From the NCBI GenBank assembly GCA_944392185.1, contig CALXVW010000051.1, positions 610 through 64,609 on the forward strand: a stretch of 64,000 nucleotides of DNA, given 5' to 3'. The DNA is from an uncultured Alphaproteobacteria bacterium (GTDB lineage: Bacteria; Pseudomonadota; Alphaproteobacteria; RF32; CAG-239). The translations under genes and the position numbers were made by a program. The notes beneath the pieces are model-generated. The model was given only the letters and a program-made list of their open reading frames with translations. It was not told the DNA's origin and made no database searches. Of the stretch, positions 9,679-18,889 are shown piece after piece (the first letter of the stretch is position 1; every line of letters starts with the position of its first letter).

Positions 9679-12108
9679 TTAAATATTTAAATATTTTGTA
9701 ACAAAGTTTTCTTCGCCATATTCTTTTATCAGTTCTTCTACCAATAAAACATTCTTGCGACCGGAATTATATAATCGTAAATATGGCCCCAATCCGCTTA
9801 AATCGACATCTAAAATTACGGATTCTCCTGTTGCCGGACGTGATAACAAAATTGCATACGGAAAATCTCGATAGCTCTTACCAAAAATAAAGTCTGTTTC
9901 CGCATTAGTTAAGTTCCAGTTCAAATAATCTTCCGGTGTTGCCTGCGGATTGCGAAAGAATATAACTGTCTGACACTGACCACGAATAACTTCGCCAACT
10001 CCCAACTTATCAATAATATTTGGTTGTTGGAATGCACACAAATAGGCCTGACGTTTTTTACGCCCTTCTTGCAAACCTATAACAAAATAGTCTCTAAACA
10101 TTGGGTGCTTTAACATCGGTGCCGTTTCATCTATCATGATTAAGGAGGGAACACCTGTTTCACCTGTTTCTGATTGAATACGATGCATAATATAGCTGAT
10201 TACTGCCGGAGCTAATGTCTCATCTTCAAAAATATGCGTAAAATCAAAAGCCATAAAACGCTTGGACTTAAGATCCAAACTATCGGTATCCGCATTGAAA
10301 ATTTTACCATATTGATCCGGATTTACCCATTTATATAGTTCTCTTCGCATGTTTCCTGTCGGTGAAAAACAGCTTTTATATAAATTGGTCATCATGCGTT
10401 CTTCTGGACGAAGGTAATCAAATGCTGTCGTCACCGCTCTAGCAATCTCTTTTTCAGAAACGGCATCATCTACTAAAGTAATGGCTCGCATCCACCGACG
10501 CAAAAACGCTCTGTTATTAACGTTATTCTCACAATCAAACGGGTTTAATGAAACATTCTTTTCATCACCTTCAAATCCAACATAGGCTCCGCCTATTGCG
10601 CGAGTAAATATCTCCGCACCACGATGTCTATCAAAGAAGAATACTCGCAAATCATTGTGACGCATTGCCTGTCCGGCTAAAAATGTTAACAGTGTTGTCT
10701 TTCCTTGCCCCGTCGGACCAATAATACAACAATGTGCAACAGCTGAATCTTCACTTGATACGTGGAATTGGAATCGATAGGCAGAACCAGATGCCGTGCG
10801 GAATACTGTTATTGCCCCCGGCCCCCAGTCACTTCTAGAAAATCCCTCTGATGGCTTATCAAACGAAATGGCGGCAGCAACAACTCTTGATAAATATCTA
10901 TATGTCCTCGGTAATGTTTCATAAGTCGGAAATTGGTTAAAAAATGTGGCTTGTGTGACCCAGCCTTCCCTTACCGGAGTAACACCAAATAAACGACATA
11001 TTCTCTGAACTTCACTTTCGGCAAACTCTATTTCTTCTAGGGTTTCTCCTTGCAAAAGAATGGCCATAGCATACTCAGTTAGAGACTGGTGATTGGTATC
11101 ACTATCTTCAATTGCGGCCAAAACTTCACCATATTGATCAATAACATCTCCCGAAAAGCTCGTCATTGTGGCCATTCTTTGTTGCTGCATTAATAAAGCT
11201 CTGGCGTGTGGCTTAAATATCGGGCGAACATTGTGTAGCAGAACCAATTCAGAGTCTATGGACAACAATGATGTTACCATACTCTCATCCATATAATCCC
11301 CTGAAGATCGAATTCCCATCACTATCTCAAATTTTTCCGTATCTCCTGAGAAAAATCTGATTATTCCGTTTTCTCCTGTAAAATGAATGTGATCTGCCGT
11401 CAGTAATTCATTCAAATGAGCTCCTTCCGCTCCATTAATTTTGGGTTGCGGCTTGGTTATCGGACTACAGATTTTCGCATAGACAGACAACGGACTATCT
11501 GCCGCAGAACTTCCTTCTGCCTCAAACAATGCCATTACACCATATTCATTTAATGTGGCTATCAATGCTTGAGATGCATAGTTAAGATCCTTTAGATTTT
11601 CATCTCTATCGGCAACGGATAATACGATATAGTGTGAATTATTATAAACCCTGCTTAAATTTGAGCTCCACACCTCATCTATATGTTCAAGCAAAGCATT
11701 TCCAAAATCACCCTTGCTTTCTTCTAAAGGAATGCGTTCTCTTAATGTAATCACACGACAAGTAACTTGCAAATCAGACATCCCGTCAATCCAAGCTTTG
11801 CGCGCCTCCAACATCGACATAACTTTCTCATCGGTCACAAAAGCCAGATCAACCCCCGTAACACGAAAAACTCTGGCCAGAGAGCCATTATAACAACGAA
11901 TCGTCATTCCATCTGACAGCAACTTACTAAAAGGTAAAAAGTCAGAAACCCTTGACTCTCTTGGTTGCGGCAGCACATAATAGCCAAATTTCGTTACCCA
12001 AAATCCGGCAAATGCCGCGGCAGAGATAAATCCTATTACGGCGACTAAAACTTCTAAGTTTGTCAGACCTTGCACAAATGTGCTAAAAAAATCAAAATCA
12101 GGGTGCAA
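9679..12108 (-). CDS. virB4: Type IV secretion system ATPase VirB4/TrbE
   Basis: 809 aa. N-terminal TM segments. Walker A GPTGQGKTT and Walker B-like LIMIDETAP. Size and topology are typical of VirB4. Overlaps virB3 by 11 nt. Confidence 0.85.
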   Translation of the reverse strand: MHPDFDFFSTFVQGLTNLEVLVAVIGFISAAAFAGFWVTKFGYYVLPQPRESRVSDFLPFSKLLSDGMTIRCYNGSLARVFRVTGVDLAFVTDEKVMSMLEARKAWIDGMSDLQVTCRVITLRERIPLEESKGDFGNALLEHIDEVWSSNLSRVYNNSHYIVLSVADRDENLKDLNYASQALIATLNEYGVMALFEAEGSSAADSPLSVYAKICSPITKPQPKINGAEGAHLNELLTADHIHFTGENGIIRFFSGDTEKFEIVMGIRSSGDYMDESMVTSLLSIDSELVLLHNVRPIFKPHARALLMQQQRMATMTSFSGDVIDQYGEVLAAIEDSDTNHQSLTEYAMAILLQGETLEEIEFAESEVQRICRLFGVTPVREGWVTQATFFNQFPTYETLPRTYRYLSRVVAAAISFDKPSEGFSRSDWGPGAITVFRTASGSAYRFQFHVSSEDSAVAHCCIIGPTGQGKTTLLTFLAGQAMRHNDLRVFFFDRHRGAEIFTRAIGGAYVGFEGDEKNVSLNPFDCENNVNNRAFLRRWMRAITLVDDAVSEKEIARAVTTAFDYLRPEERMMTNLYKSCFSPTGNMRRELYKWVNPDQYGKIFNADTDSLDLKSKRFMAFDFTHIFEDETLAPAVISYIMHRIQSETGETGVPSLIMIDETAPMLKHPMFRDYFVIGLQEGRKKRQAYLCAFQQPNIIDKLGVGEVIRGQCQTVIFFRNPQATPEDYLNWNLTNAETDFIFGKSYRDFPYAILLSRPATGESVILDVDLSGLGPYLRLYNSGRKNVLLVEELIKEYGEENFVTKYLNI

Positions 12109-12388
12109 ATTTATTCCCCTTTACTTTATAAAGGTTATGAGATGTTTTGGCGGTTTGCCCGTAGGCTTGTATCATTGCTGATATGTGAGGCTCTTTTGCG
12201 CCAATAGCAATACAGATAATATGTCCGATGACCAAAGTAGCCATAAAAACCAACGGATTGATGTCAAATGTCCCCAAGAACATAAACATCATCGGAAACT
12301 GGATACCCATATTGAGCATCGTCGGCAAAAACGGCCCCCATAGTATCTTGGGCGGATTGGCTACGGCTTTTAATATAATTTCGCGCAT
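12098..12388 (-). CDS. virB3: Type IV secretion system protein VirB3/TrbD
   Basis: 96 aa. LKAVANPPKILWGPFLPTMLNMG followed by a hydrophobic helix matches the VirB3 pattern. Overlaps and precedes virB4. Confidence 0.7.
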   Translation of the reverse strand: MREIILKAVANPPKILWGPFLPTMLNMGIQFPMMFMFLGTFDINPLVFMATLVIGHIICIAIGAKEPHISAMIQAYGQTAKTSHNLYKVKGNKFAP

Positions 12389-12490
12389 CGTTTCAATCCC
12401 TGCATTGTTACTAATATTATGATACAGCTCTCATTTTTTTATGCAACACCCATAAAAAGGTTATCCCTTGCTTTCATCCAAATACATAAA

Positions 12491-12522
12491 AAAGAGGCAT
12501 TCTTACTACCTAGAATACCTCT
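12491..12522. terminator. Bidirectional rho-independent terminator between the giant virB2-fusion gene and virB3
   Basis: aaaaaagaggcattcttactacctagaatacctctttttt is an imperfect 10-12 bp stem flanked by A-run and T-run. It lies 40 bp downstream of the 1514-aa gene stop (minus strand). Confidence 0.55.
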
Positions 12523-12561
12523 TTTTTATGAATAATGCGTTAACTTTTACTTGTCAGAAGT

Positions 12562-15500
12562 TTATTTTCCCTCAAGCTCAAGTTGGCGGGCATATGCTTC
12601 GTTATACTTCACATCAGCGGCGTTCCTACGCTTAATTTCTTTTTCTAAAGTTGATTGAGCTTCTTGATATTGTCGCTCTGCACTTAGATAGTTATCTCTA
12701 GCAGCTACCAGAGCATTCATATGACTTGGGCTGTTGTTTCCGCTCTCATACTCCTTTATTAAGCGCTGCAATTCTGCCTCTGCTCGTGTTTTATTTGTTT
12801 CTGCGGCACTCACTGCAGCACGATATTCCGGAATATTCCGCTCTGCTGTGGCTTTTTCTTCTTTTGCTTGAGCTTGAATATATTTGCTCTCCTCCAGAGA
12901 TGCCTCCTTAGCTTTTTGCTCCAGCTCTTTGAGCGGTTCTTGCGCCTTTTCCGCTTTTTCTGCTGCCTGACGCGCTTCTTCTTGAGCTAGATTTGCTTGC
13001 TTTTGGAGTGTCTCTGCCTTAGCTTTTTCGCTTGGTGTTTGGGCTTCTTGCGCTGCTCTTTCTGCCGCAGCCCTCAATTCTTCAGCTTTTTTAGCTTTGG
13101 TTTCTGCATCATTCTTGGCTTGCCCCGCAGCTATCTCTGCTCGATTGTATATATCATTTATCTTTTCGGCTCTATCTACCGGATTGGATATACTATTCAG
13201 CTGTTGCTCCAATCTTTCAGCCTCTTGAGCTCTCCGCTGCTCTTCTTGCCTTGCTTGATCCTCTTTTTCTTGTGTCCATCCCGTATCTCTTTCTGCTTCA
13301 AGTTTGCTTTGCTCCGTTTTGGCTTCTAGAGCTTTTTGTGCTGCCTCTTGAGCTTTTTTCTTCTCATTCTCAGCAACCGTTTTCGTATTATTATAATCCC
13401 TTTCGGCTGCCTTGAGCGCATCGTCCGCAGCCCCCAGCTGTTTTAAGGAATCCTCATACGCCTTTTGTTTAGCTTTATTACCAGGATCTGACTTGAGATC
13501 TTCTTGCGCAGCCAGAGCGGCTTGCTCCGCCTGTTTCTTTTGGCTCTCAGCTTGTTCGGCTGCAAGCTTCTTATCCGCTAAAGACTGTGCTGCTTGCTCT
13601 GCTTTAGCCTTGGCCTCTTCAGCCTCCTTTGACGCAGCTATCTGTTCATCTTTTGCATTGTTAATCCCCTCTTCTAGAGACTGCTGATACAAGTCATCCA
13701 ACGGCGCTTTGGCTTCTTCTGCCTTTTGACGTGCCTCTTGCGCTGTTGACTTTGCCGTTTCGGCTACTGCCTTAGCTGCTGAAGCTTCATTTTTGGCTAT
13801 TTGCGCCCGATTGGCTAGACTTTCTGCCTTTTGCTTATCTTCTGCCGAGCCACTCTGAGCGGCTTTTTCTGCGGCGGCTTGTGCTTGCTGCGCCAGTTGA
13901 TCTGCTCTATTTTGAGCTTGACTTGCTTCGTTTTCTAGTCTTTGAGCCGTGCGCTCTGCCCCGGTGGCTTCGGCCTCTGCGGCTTGAGCCTCTGCTTGAG
14001 CATTTTGATATGCTTGAGAGCTTTGATTCTTGTCATTTGATTGCGAGGTATTAGAGCTTAAATCATTTAAAAGCCCCTCACCCTTCTTTATTTGTTGCTG
14101 TTCCGTCCGTTTGGCTTCTGCCTTAGCGGCCTCTTTTTTAGCTTCTGCAGCTCGCTTCTCTGCTTGGCGCTCCTGGCGGCCTTCATTGATACTCTTTGAA
14201 CCAAAAGCACTGAAATTTGCTGCCGCTCCAACAAGCGCTCCGGCCGTCTGGGTGGTATCCTGAACTTTTTGATTGACCTGATTCGATTTTTGAACAACAT
14301 TATTGGTAATGTCCATAAACCCTAGCTGTCCAGTGTTTTGCATATTTTTCTTGTTGCTCGCTATATCTCCTTCTATTGCATTACCTTTATCGTCAAAGCC
14401 GCTCTTCTTTACAACAACATTGCCATCTTTATCATATTCAAGATTTCCACCCCAACGATGCTCTACTCCGGTTACGTTACCATCCTCATCTCGGGTAACT
14501 TTTTGTCCCATCAATGCTGCCGTAAAGCCCCCTGTCGCTTCTCCCTTATCTCGACGGGCTTGCAATTCTGCTTGCTCATCTCGGCTCTTTGACATATCTT
14601 GAACATTGTTGGCTATATCTATGGTATTGGACATTACGTTGCTCATCATACCACCGGTAGAGCCAACTATGGCGTTAACATTTTGACCAATTTGACCCAA
14701 GGCATTGAAGCTATCTTCAAGATTGCCTTCTCCTATCTTATCTATGGCATCTCCTATGTTATTGGCTGCAAATTTGACACTTTCAACCGTATTTTTAACC
14801 GTATCTACCGTGTTTTGAACCTTCTTGGCCGTATCAACAGCCTTTTTACCGGCAGAAATCAAATCTTTTACACAGCTGGCAAATCCACCGCCGCCAAATA
14901 ATCCGCCTCCTTTTTGTTCTGCCTCACAAAAACCTCTGGTTTCCGTTTTCTTCTCTTCTTCCGCTGGCGGCTCTACCGATGTATCCGGCGTTTCAACAAG
15001 TTCAGGCGGCATATATGGTGTCATCTCATCTACCCACGCATATTCCGTATCGGCAAAAGCTCCGTGCAAATGATCTCCAAATTCGCTTGGCTTTTCCGTG
15101 GCTGCCAAATCCCTATTATCTACGGTATAAACCATGTATTCTATTAAACGACCCATATTGGCTACCAAGAATAAGCTAATGGCTATATTGGCAAACCATT
15201 TCCAGCTGATCTTATTGAATATGGCCATGAATGCAAAGGCTATTAAACCAAAGCCAGCAAATACATAGACTATCGGTTTTAATCCGACTAAAATTCTCGC
15301 CGCACGGCGTGTCAAGGTCGTAAATACATCGCCGGTATTGGAATAGTCTATTGTTCCAATATATTTTCCCGTAAATCGCTTATTTTCAACTCCCGAATCT
15401 TTAGCACTGCTAAAGGCTCTATATTCTTGACCAAAGTGTTCTCCTCCAAAATCATTTGCCATATCGCGCATTATATCCATAGCATCTTGCGCCATTCGAG

Positions 15501-17106
15501 TACCTTCTTTTGCCAACATTAATTCGTGCTCTGCATCTGCCAACTGCTCTTCTAATTGCGCCTGCATTGCACAATATTTTTCTGCATCAGCTTTTCCCTG
15601 TTTGGATGTTAGGGTCTTAGAATGTTCACAGGCTGCTTTTGCCTCTTTTAATGCGTTTTCTAAGCTTGCGACTTTATCTTCTGCTGCTTTTTGCTTTTGT
15701 TGGGCATCTGCCAAATTTTGTCTTGCTGACTCCGCTGCATCGCCTGCTACAGCTCCCAGTTCATTTGCTCTTTTCTCTTTTGCATCTTTTTCTTTATATG
15801 CTTCATCTGCAGCAGCCTTTGCTTCTGCTAATTTAGTCTCTAAATCGTCAAGTTCTGCACATGCTTCTTGATTTCCATTTGCACACTGCCCTTGTTTTTT
15901 TGCTAATTCTTCTGCTGCATCCTTATACGCTTGTACAGCGTTATCGTAGTTCTCGCTCGCTTTTTGTGCATCTTGGGCTGCTTTTTGCTTTTCTTCTTGT
16001 TCTTTGCGTAATTTTTCTAATCGAGCTTTCTCTGCAGCTTCTGCCGCTGCAGCTTCATCTGCCTCTAACTGTTTTCTGGCTTCTTCCGCTGCTGCCCTGT
16101 CTTCTGCCGTTAAGTCATCAATATTCTTCTTAGCATCATCTATGGCCCCATTGGCTTCATTAATGGTTTGGTTTGCTTTTGCTACTCTGGCAGATGCTTC
16201 ATCCATTTTTTGCATAGCTTTTTTACAAGCATTACTGTTGGGATCTTTACCACATTTTTTTTCAACATCTTTGGCAGCCTTGTCTCTATCTTTTTCTGCC
16301 TTTTTTTTCTCTTTTTGAGCGGCTTCAATTTTTTGTTGTTGAGCCTGGATAGAGGCTGTTGCCGCATCAATACCTTCCTGCTTGGCTTTTTGCTTGGCTT
16401 GCTCGGCTTCTCGCTCTGCTTGTTGAGCGGCGGTCATATCTGCCTTCATTCCATTTATTTGCTCATTTACTTTATCATTGGCTTCTTTGGCTTTTTGGTA
16501 ATCGGCAGAACCAGTTTCCGCTTTAGTTATTGCATCTGTGTAGGTTTTATCTTTCTTTGCCGCATCAATTGCTGCGGTTTTATCTTTTTTAGCTTGATTT
16601 AATGCTAACAACTTTTCTGAACACGCTCCGCCAGAGGCCATACATTGATCATAAGCGTCCTGAGCAGATTTAACTTTTGCCTCTTGTTCCTTGGTTACAT
16701 TAGAAACATTTTGATTATATGCTTGTTGTGCTGACTTAATGTTTGCTTGTCTTGCCTGCTCTTGTTTCTCATAGTTTGATCTTGCATCTTTTACTTCCTG
16801 AGAATTTACATAGTCACTGTACCTATTTTGAACATTTTGTTTTTGTTGATTAGCAATTTGTTTGTCCAAATCAGCTTCTAACTGATCCATAAAAGATTCA
16901 TTATAAGAGTTGCTGGCATTTTGTGCTGCGGTATTTGCGGCCTCATTGGCCTTTCGAGATTTCCTACTTTCTTTTTTGGTGACATTCCCAATATTATCTT
17001 GGTCAACCGCTAGCTGAGCAAAAACAGGTTGTGCACAATAGAAAGACGCGAAGACAAGTGCTCCGGCGACCAGAACTACTTTGCTTATTTTCTTTATGTT
17101 CATCAT
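12562..17106 (-). CDS. 1514-aa protein: signal peptide, about 570-aa coiled-coil, an internal VirB2/TrbC pilin-like two-helix membrane domain, then about 830-aa coiled-coil (giant VirB2-domain fusion)
   Basis: Signal peptide MMNIKKISKVVLVAGALVFASFYCAQPVFAQ. Internal segment ILVGLKPIVYVFAGFGLIAFAFMAIFNKISWKWFANIAISLFLVANMGRLIEYMVY aligns with the two paralogs: VVGGFGLVGLAFSAVFGKVNWKWFASLAVGLAILAAAGSIVNYATG (113 aa) and VVAGFGIIGVAVGGFFGNLNWKWLGAIIIALVVIATTGEIINMITG (310 aa). The rest is Ala/Glu/Lys/Gln-rich coiled-coil. Confidence 0.6.
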   Translation of the reverse strand: MMNIKKISKVVLVAGALVFASFYCAQPVFAQLAVDQDNIGNVTKKESRKSRKANEAANTAAQNASNSYNESFMDQLEADLDKQIANQQKQNVQNRYSDYVNSQEVKDARSNYEKQEQARQANIKSAQQAYNQNVSNVTKEQEAKVKSAQDAYDQCMASGGACSEKLLALNQAKKDKTAAIDAAKKDKTYTDAITKAETGSADYQKAKEANDKVNEQINGMKADMTAAQQAEREAEQAKQKAKQEGIDAATASIQAQQQKIEAAQKEKKKAEKDRDKAAKDVEKKCGKDPNSNACKKAMQKMDEASARVAKANQTINEANGAIDDAKKNIDDLTAEDRAAAEEARKQLEADEAAAAEAAEKARLEKLRKEQEEKQKAAQDAQKASENYDNAVQAYKDAAEELAKKQGQCANGNQEACAELDDLETKLAEAKAAADEAYKEKDAKEKRANELGAVAGDAAESARQNLADAQQKQKAAEDKVASLENALKEAKAACEHSKTLTSKQGKADAEKYCAMQAQLEEQLADAEHELMLAKEGTRMAQDAMDIMRDMANDFGGEHFGQEYRAFSSAKDSGVENKRFTGKYIGTIDYSNTGDVFTTLTRRAARILVGLKPIVYVFAGFGLIAFAFMAIFNKISWKWFANIAISLFLVANMGRLIEYMVYTVDNRDLAATEKPSEFGDHLHGAFADTEYAWVDEMTPYMPPELVETPDTSVEPPAEEEKKTETRGFCEAEQKGGGLFGGGGFASCVKDLISAGKKAVDTAKKVQNTVDTVKNTVESVKFAANNIGDAIDKIGEGNLEDSFNALGQIGQNVNAIVGSTGGMMSNVMSNTIDIANNVQDMSKSRDEQAELQARRDKGEATGGFTAALMGQKVTRDEDGNVTGVEHRWGGNLEYDKDGNVVVKKSGFDDKGNAIEGDIASNKKNMQNTGQLGFMDITNNVVQKSNQVNQKVQDTTQTAGALVGAAANFSAFGSKSINEGRQERQAEKRAAEAKKEAAKAEAKRTEQQQIKKGEGLLNDLSSNTSQSNDKNQSSQAYQNAQAEAQAAEAEATGAERTAQRLENEASQAQNRADQLAQQAQAAAEKAAQSGSAEDKQKAESLANRAQIAKNEASAAKAVAETAKSTAQEARQKAEEAKAPLDDLYQQSLEEGINNAKDEQIAASKEAEEAKAKAEQAAQSLADKKLAAEQAESQKKQAEQAALAAQEDLKSDPGNKAKQKAYEDSLKQLGAADDALKAAERDYNNTKTVAENEKKKAQEAAQKALEAKTEQSKLEAERDTGWTQEKEDQARQEEQRRAQEAERLEQQLNSISNPVDRAEKINDIYNRAEIAAGQAKNDAETKAKKAEELRAAAERAAQEAQTPSEKAKAETLQKQANLAQEEARQAAEKAEKAQEPLKELEQKAKEASLEESKYIQAQAKEEKATAERNIPEYRAAVSAAETNKTRAEAELQRLIKEYESGNNSPSHMNALVAARDNYLSAERQYQEAQSTLEKEIKRRNAADVKYNEAYARQLELEGK

Positions 17107-17169
17107 GGCGTCCTCCTATGTTCTATCTTCTAGCCATTGTTGCTGACTATTTTATTGCCATTTCTTGTG

Positions 17170-18102
17170 CTACTTCAGAGTATCTGTTATCATGGTGGCG
17201 GTGAACTCATCGCAACCGGTTATCATGTTTATTATCTCTCCGGTGGTGGCTATTACAACCAAAGCTATGATTATGGCTCCCAGCCACTTCCAGTTTAAGT
17301 TTCCGAAAAATCCTCCTACGGCCACTCCTATAATACCAAATCCCGCAACAACATATATCAAATCTCTTAGACCATTAAATATTTTGCTTCCTGTATCAAT
17401 TAAACCGGAGAATATACCATAATCGCTGGAACAACCTGTTATCGCCGAATCCGGCTGATGATCATTACCTGAAGAAGTAATCTGCTCACAGACACCGTTT
17501 ACCTTCTGATATCCATCAGGACATTTTTCTTCTTGTTCACCTTGCTTGTTTTGTTCATCTTGTTCTTTTTCGGGAACATTTTTATCTTCTTCTGCTTTTT
17601 TAGCCTCTTCAGCTTTTCTCTCTTCTTCAGCTTTTTTTGCTTCTTCAGCTTTTTTTGCTTCTTCAGCTTTTTTTGCTTCTTCTGCTTTTCTTGCTTCTTC
17701 TGCTTGTCTAATCTCTTCTGCTCTTTTTGCTGCCGCCTCTTTTAGAGCTTCCTCTCTCTTTTTTTGAGAACTTTCAGAATAATAATCCAACTCATCAAAC
17801 TCTTCTTGGCTGGATTTCTGAATGTTTTCATCTTTTATCTTTTGCTTTAGATCTTTTGCATAACTTTTTACCGCTTCAATTCTTATGCCTTTCTCATTAA
17901 AACGATAAAATGTTCTGCCATTGTCAGACAGCCATTTAACCCCTTCATCCTCTACAATATAGCCGCCCTCTGATTTGGCAAAAACAACGCCCGGAACCAT
18001 CATGGTGCTGACAAATACTGCCAAAAGTATTATTTGGCATATCTTCTTCAAATTTATCATTGCACCCTCCCGCTTAATTTCTTTCTTGTCCTTTAATATC
18101 AA
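17170..18102 (-). CDS. 310-aa VirB2-domain protein with N-terminal coiled-coil extension carrying (EEAKKA)n repeats
   Basis: N-terminal hydrophobic segment ICQIILLAVFVSTMMVPGVVFA after the first 20 residues (probable signal peptide). KAEEAKKAEEAKKAEE repeats encoded by 18-bp DNA repeats. C-terminal VirB2-like hairpin with the NWKW loop motif. Confidence 0.6.
   Translation of the reverse strand: MILKDKKEIKREGAMINLKKICQIILLAVFVSTMMVPGVVFAKSEGGYIVEDEGVKWLSDNGRTFYRFNEKGIRIEAVKSYAKDLKQKIKDENIQKSSQEEFDELDYYSESSQKKREEALKEAAAKRAEEIRQAEEARKAEEAKKAEEAKKAEEAKKAEEERKAEEAKKAEEDKNVPEKEQDEQNKQGEQEEKCPDGYQKVNGVCEQITSSGNDHQPDSAITGCSSDYGIFSGLIDTGSKIFNGLRDLIYVVAGFGIIGVAVGGFFGNLNWKWLGAIIIALVVIATTGEIINMITGCDEFTATMITDTLK
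17586..17700. repeat. 18-bp coding tandem repeat (TTCTTCAGCTTTTTTTGC, 3 perfect copies plus degenerate copies) in the 310-aa VirB2-domain gene
   Basis: Directly visible. Encodes the EEAKKA heptad-like repeat. The poly-T tract inside each unit is a potential slippage site. Confidence 0.7.
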
Positions 18103-18237
18103 CCAGCCAGACTGATTGATGTTAAAAGAAAGGGGGATAGGCTAAGCGGTTTCCCGTTTTTCCAAGACCCCCTTTGCCCTCTTCCTTGTTTGGATCGGGC
18201 TGCAAATCGCAGCCCGAAACCAAAACGAAGGAGAAGA

Positions 18238-18579
18238 TTAGTTGGTAGCATTATCAAATGAGTCTTGGAAACCAGACATATTTTCACCGGTTGCGTAGTT
18301 TACAATTGAACCAGCCGCTGCCAAGATAGCAAGACCTACAGCCAACGAAGCAAACCACTTCCAGTTGACCTTTCCAAAAACCGCACTAAAGGCCAAGCCA
18401 ACCAAACCAAAACCACCGACTACGAAAATAATCGTCTTAACGGAGGTAAATACGTTTAAGGCCTTTTGCTGTGATGTCTGCATTACACTGGTTTGTGCTG
18501 ACGCATCGCCGGCAAATGTCAACAGTGTAAAGACTGCCACCAAGCAAAATGTCCAAATGTTGTTTTTAATAAATTGCAT
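18238..18579 (-). CDS. virB2: VirB2/TrbC-family T-pilin (canonical size)
   Basis: 113 aa. Signal peptide ending AGDASA-Q, then two hydrophobic helices separated by a GKVNWKW loop (VirB2/TrbC pilin topology). First gene of the operon. Followed by a 9-bp-stem hairpin at 18195-18217. Confidence 0.7.
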   Translation of the reverse strand: MQFIKNNIWTFCLVAVFTLLTFAGDASAQTSVMQTSQQKALNVFTSVKTIIFVVGGFGLVGLAFSAVFGKVNWKWFASLAVGLAILAAAGSIVNYATGENMSGFQDSFDNATN

Positions 18580-18832
18580 TGTCTTTCTCCTTCATGATAT
18601 TTTTAGCAAAACTCTTTATACTCTTTTAGAATAACTGATTTTTGCTTTTTTTTCTAGCAAAATTGCTTATACCAAAAAATGGTTAACATACTGTTTACAC
18701 TTGCAAATTTTTGCTGTAACAAAAAATTCACAGTCCTTAAGAAGAAGTAAACGCCCTAAAATCAAGATGATAGTTTTGAGAATCGGATAATATATTTTTT
18801 ATAAAAATCCACAAATTTGTGCATATTTTTTA

Positions 18833-18853
18833 GCGACTCTTGCCAAGAGTCGC
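18833..18853. promoter_or_regulatory. Perfect 10-bp inverted repeat (GCGACTCTTG c CAAGAGTCGC) in the divergent T4SS/pilus promoter region; candidate operator
   Basis: Directly visible palindrome about 37 bp upstream of the ATG at 18890. The surrounding 280-bp AT-rich intergenic region separates divergent operons and also has a repeated TAGCAAAA motif. Confidence 0.4.
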
Positions 18854-18889
18854 ATTTTGATTTATCAAGTCTTTAGAGGGGTTTATTTT

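Noticed and set aside
12562-17106. Considered calling the 1514-aa membrane protein VirB6
   Set aside because: VirB6/TrbL proteins are polytopic (5 or more TM helices). This protein has only the two-helix hairpin that aligns with the adjacent VirB2 paralogs, including the NWKW loop.
12726-17767. Many plus-strand ORFs inside the 1514-aa and 310-aa genes (for example 13412-13687, 16004-16602, 17533-17767)
   Set aside because: Same antisense low-complexity artefact. The long minus-strand frames with signal peptides and coherent domain structure are the real genes.
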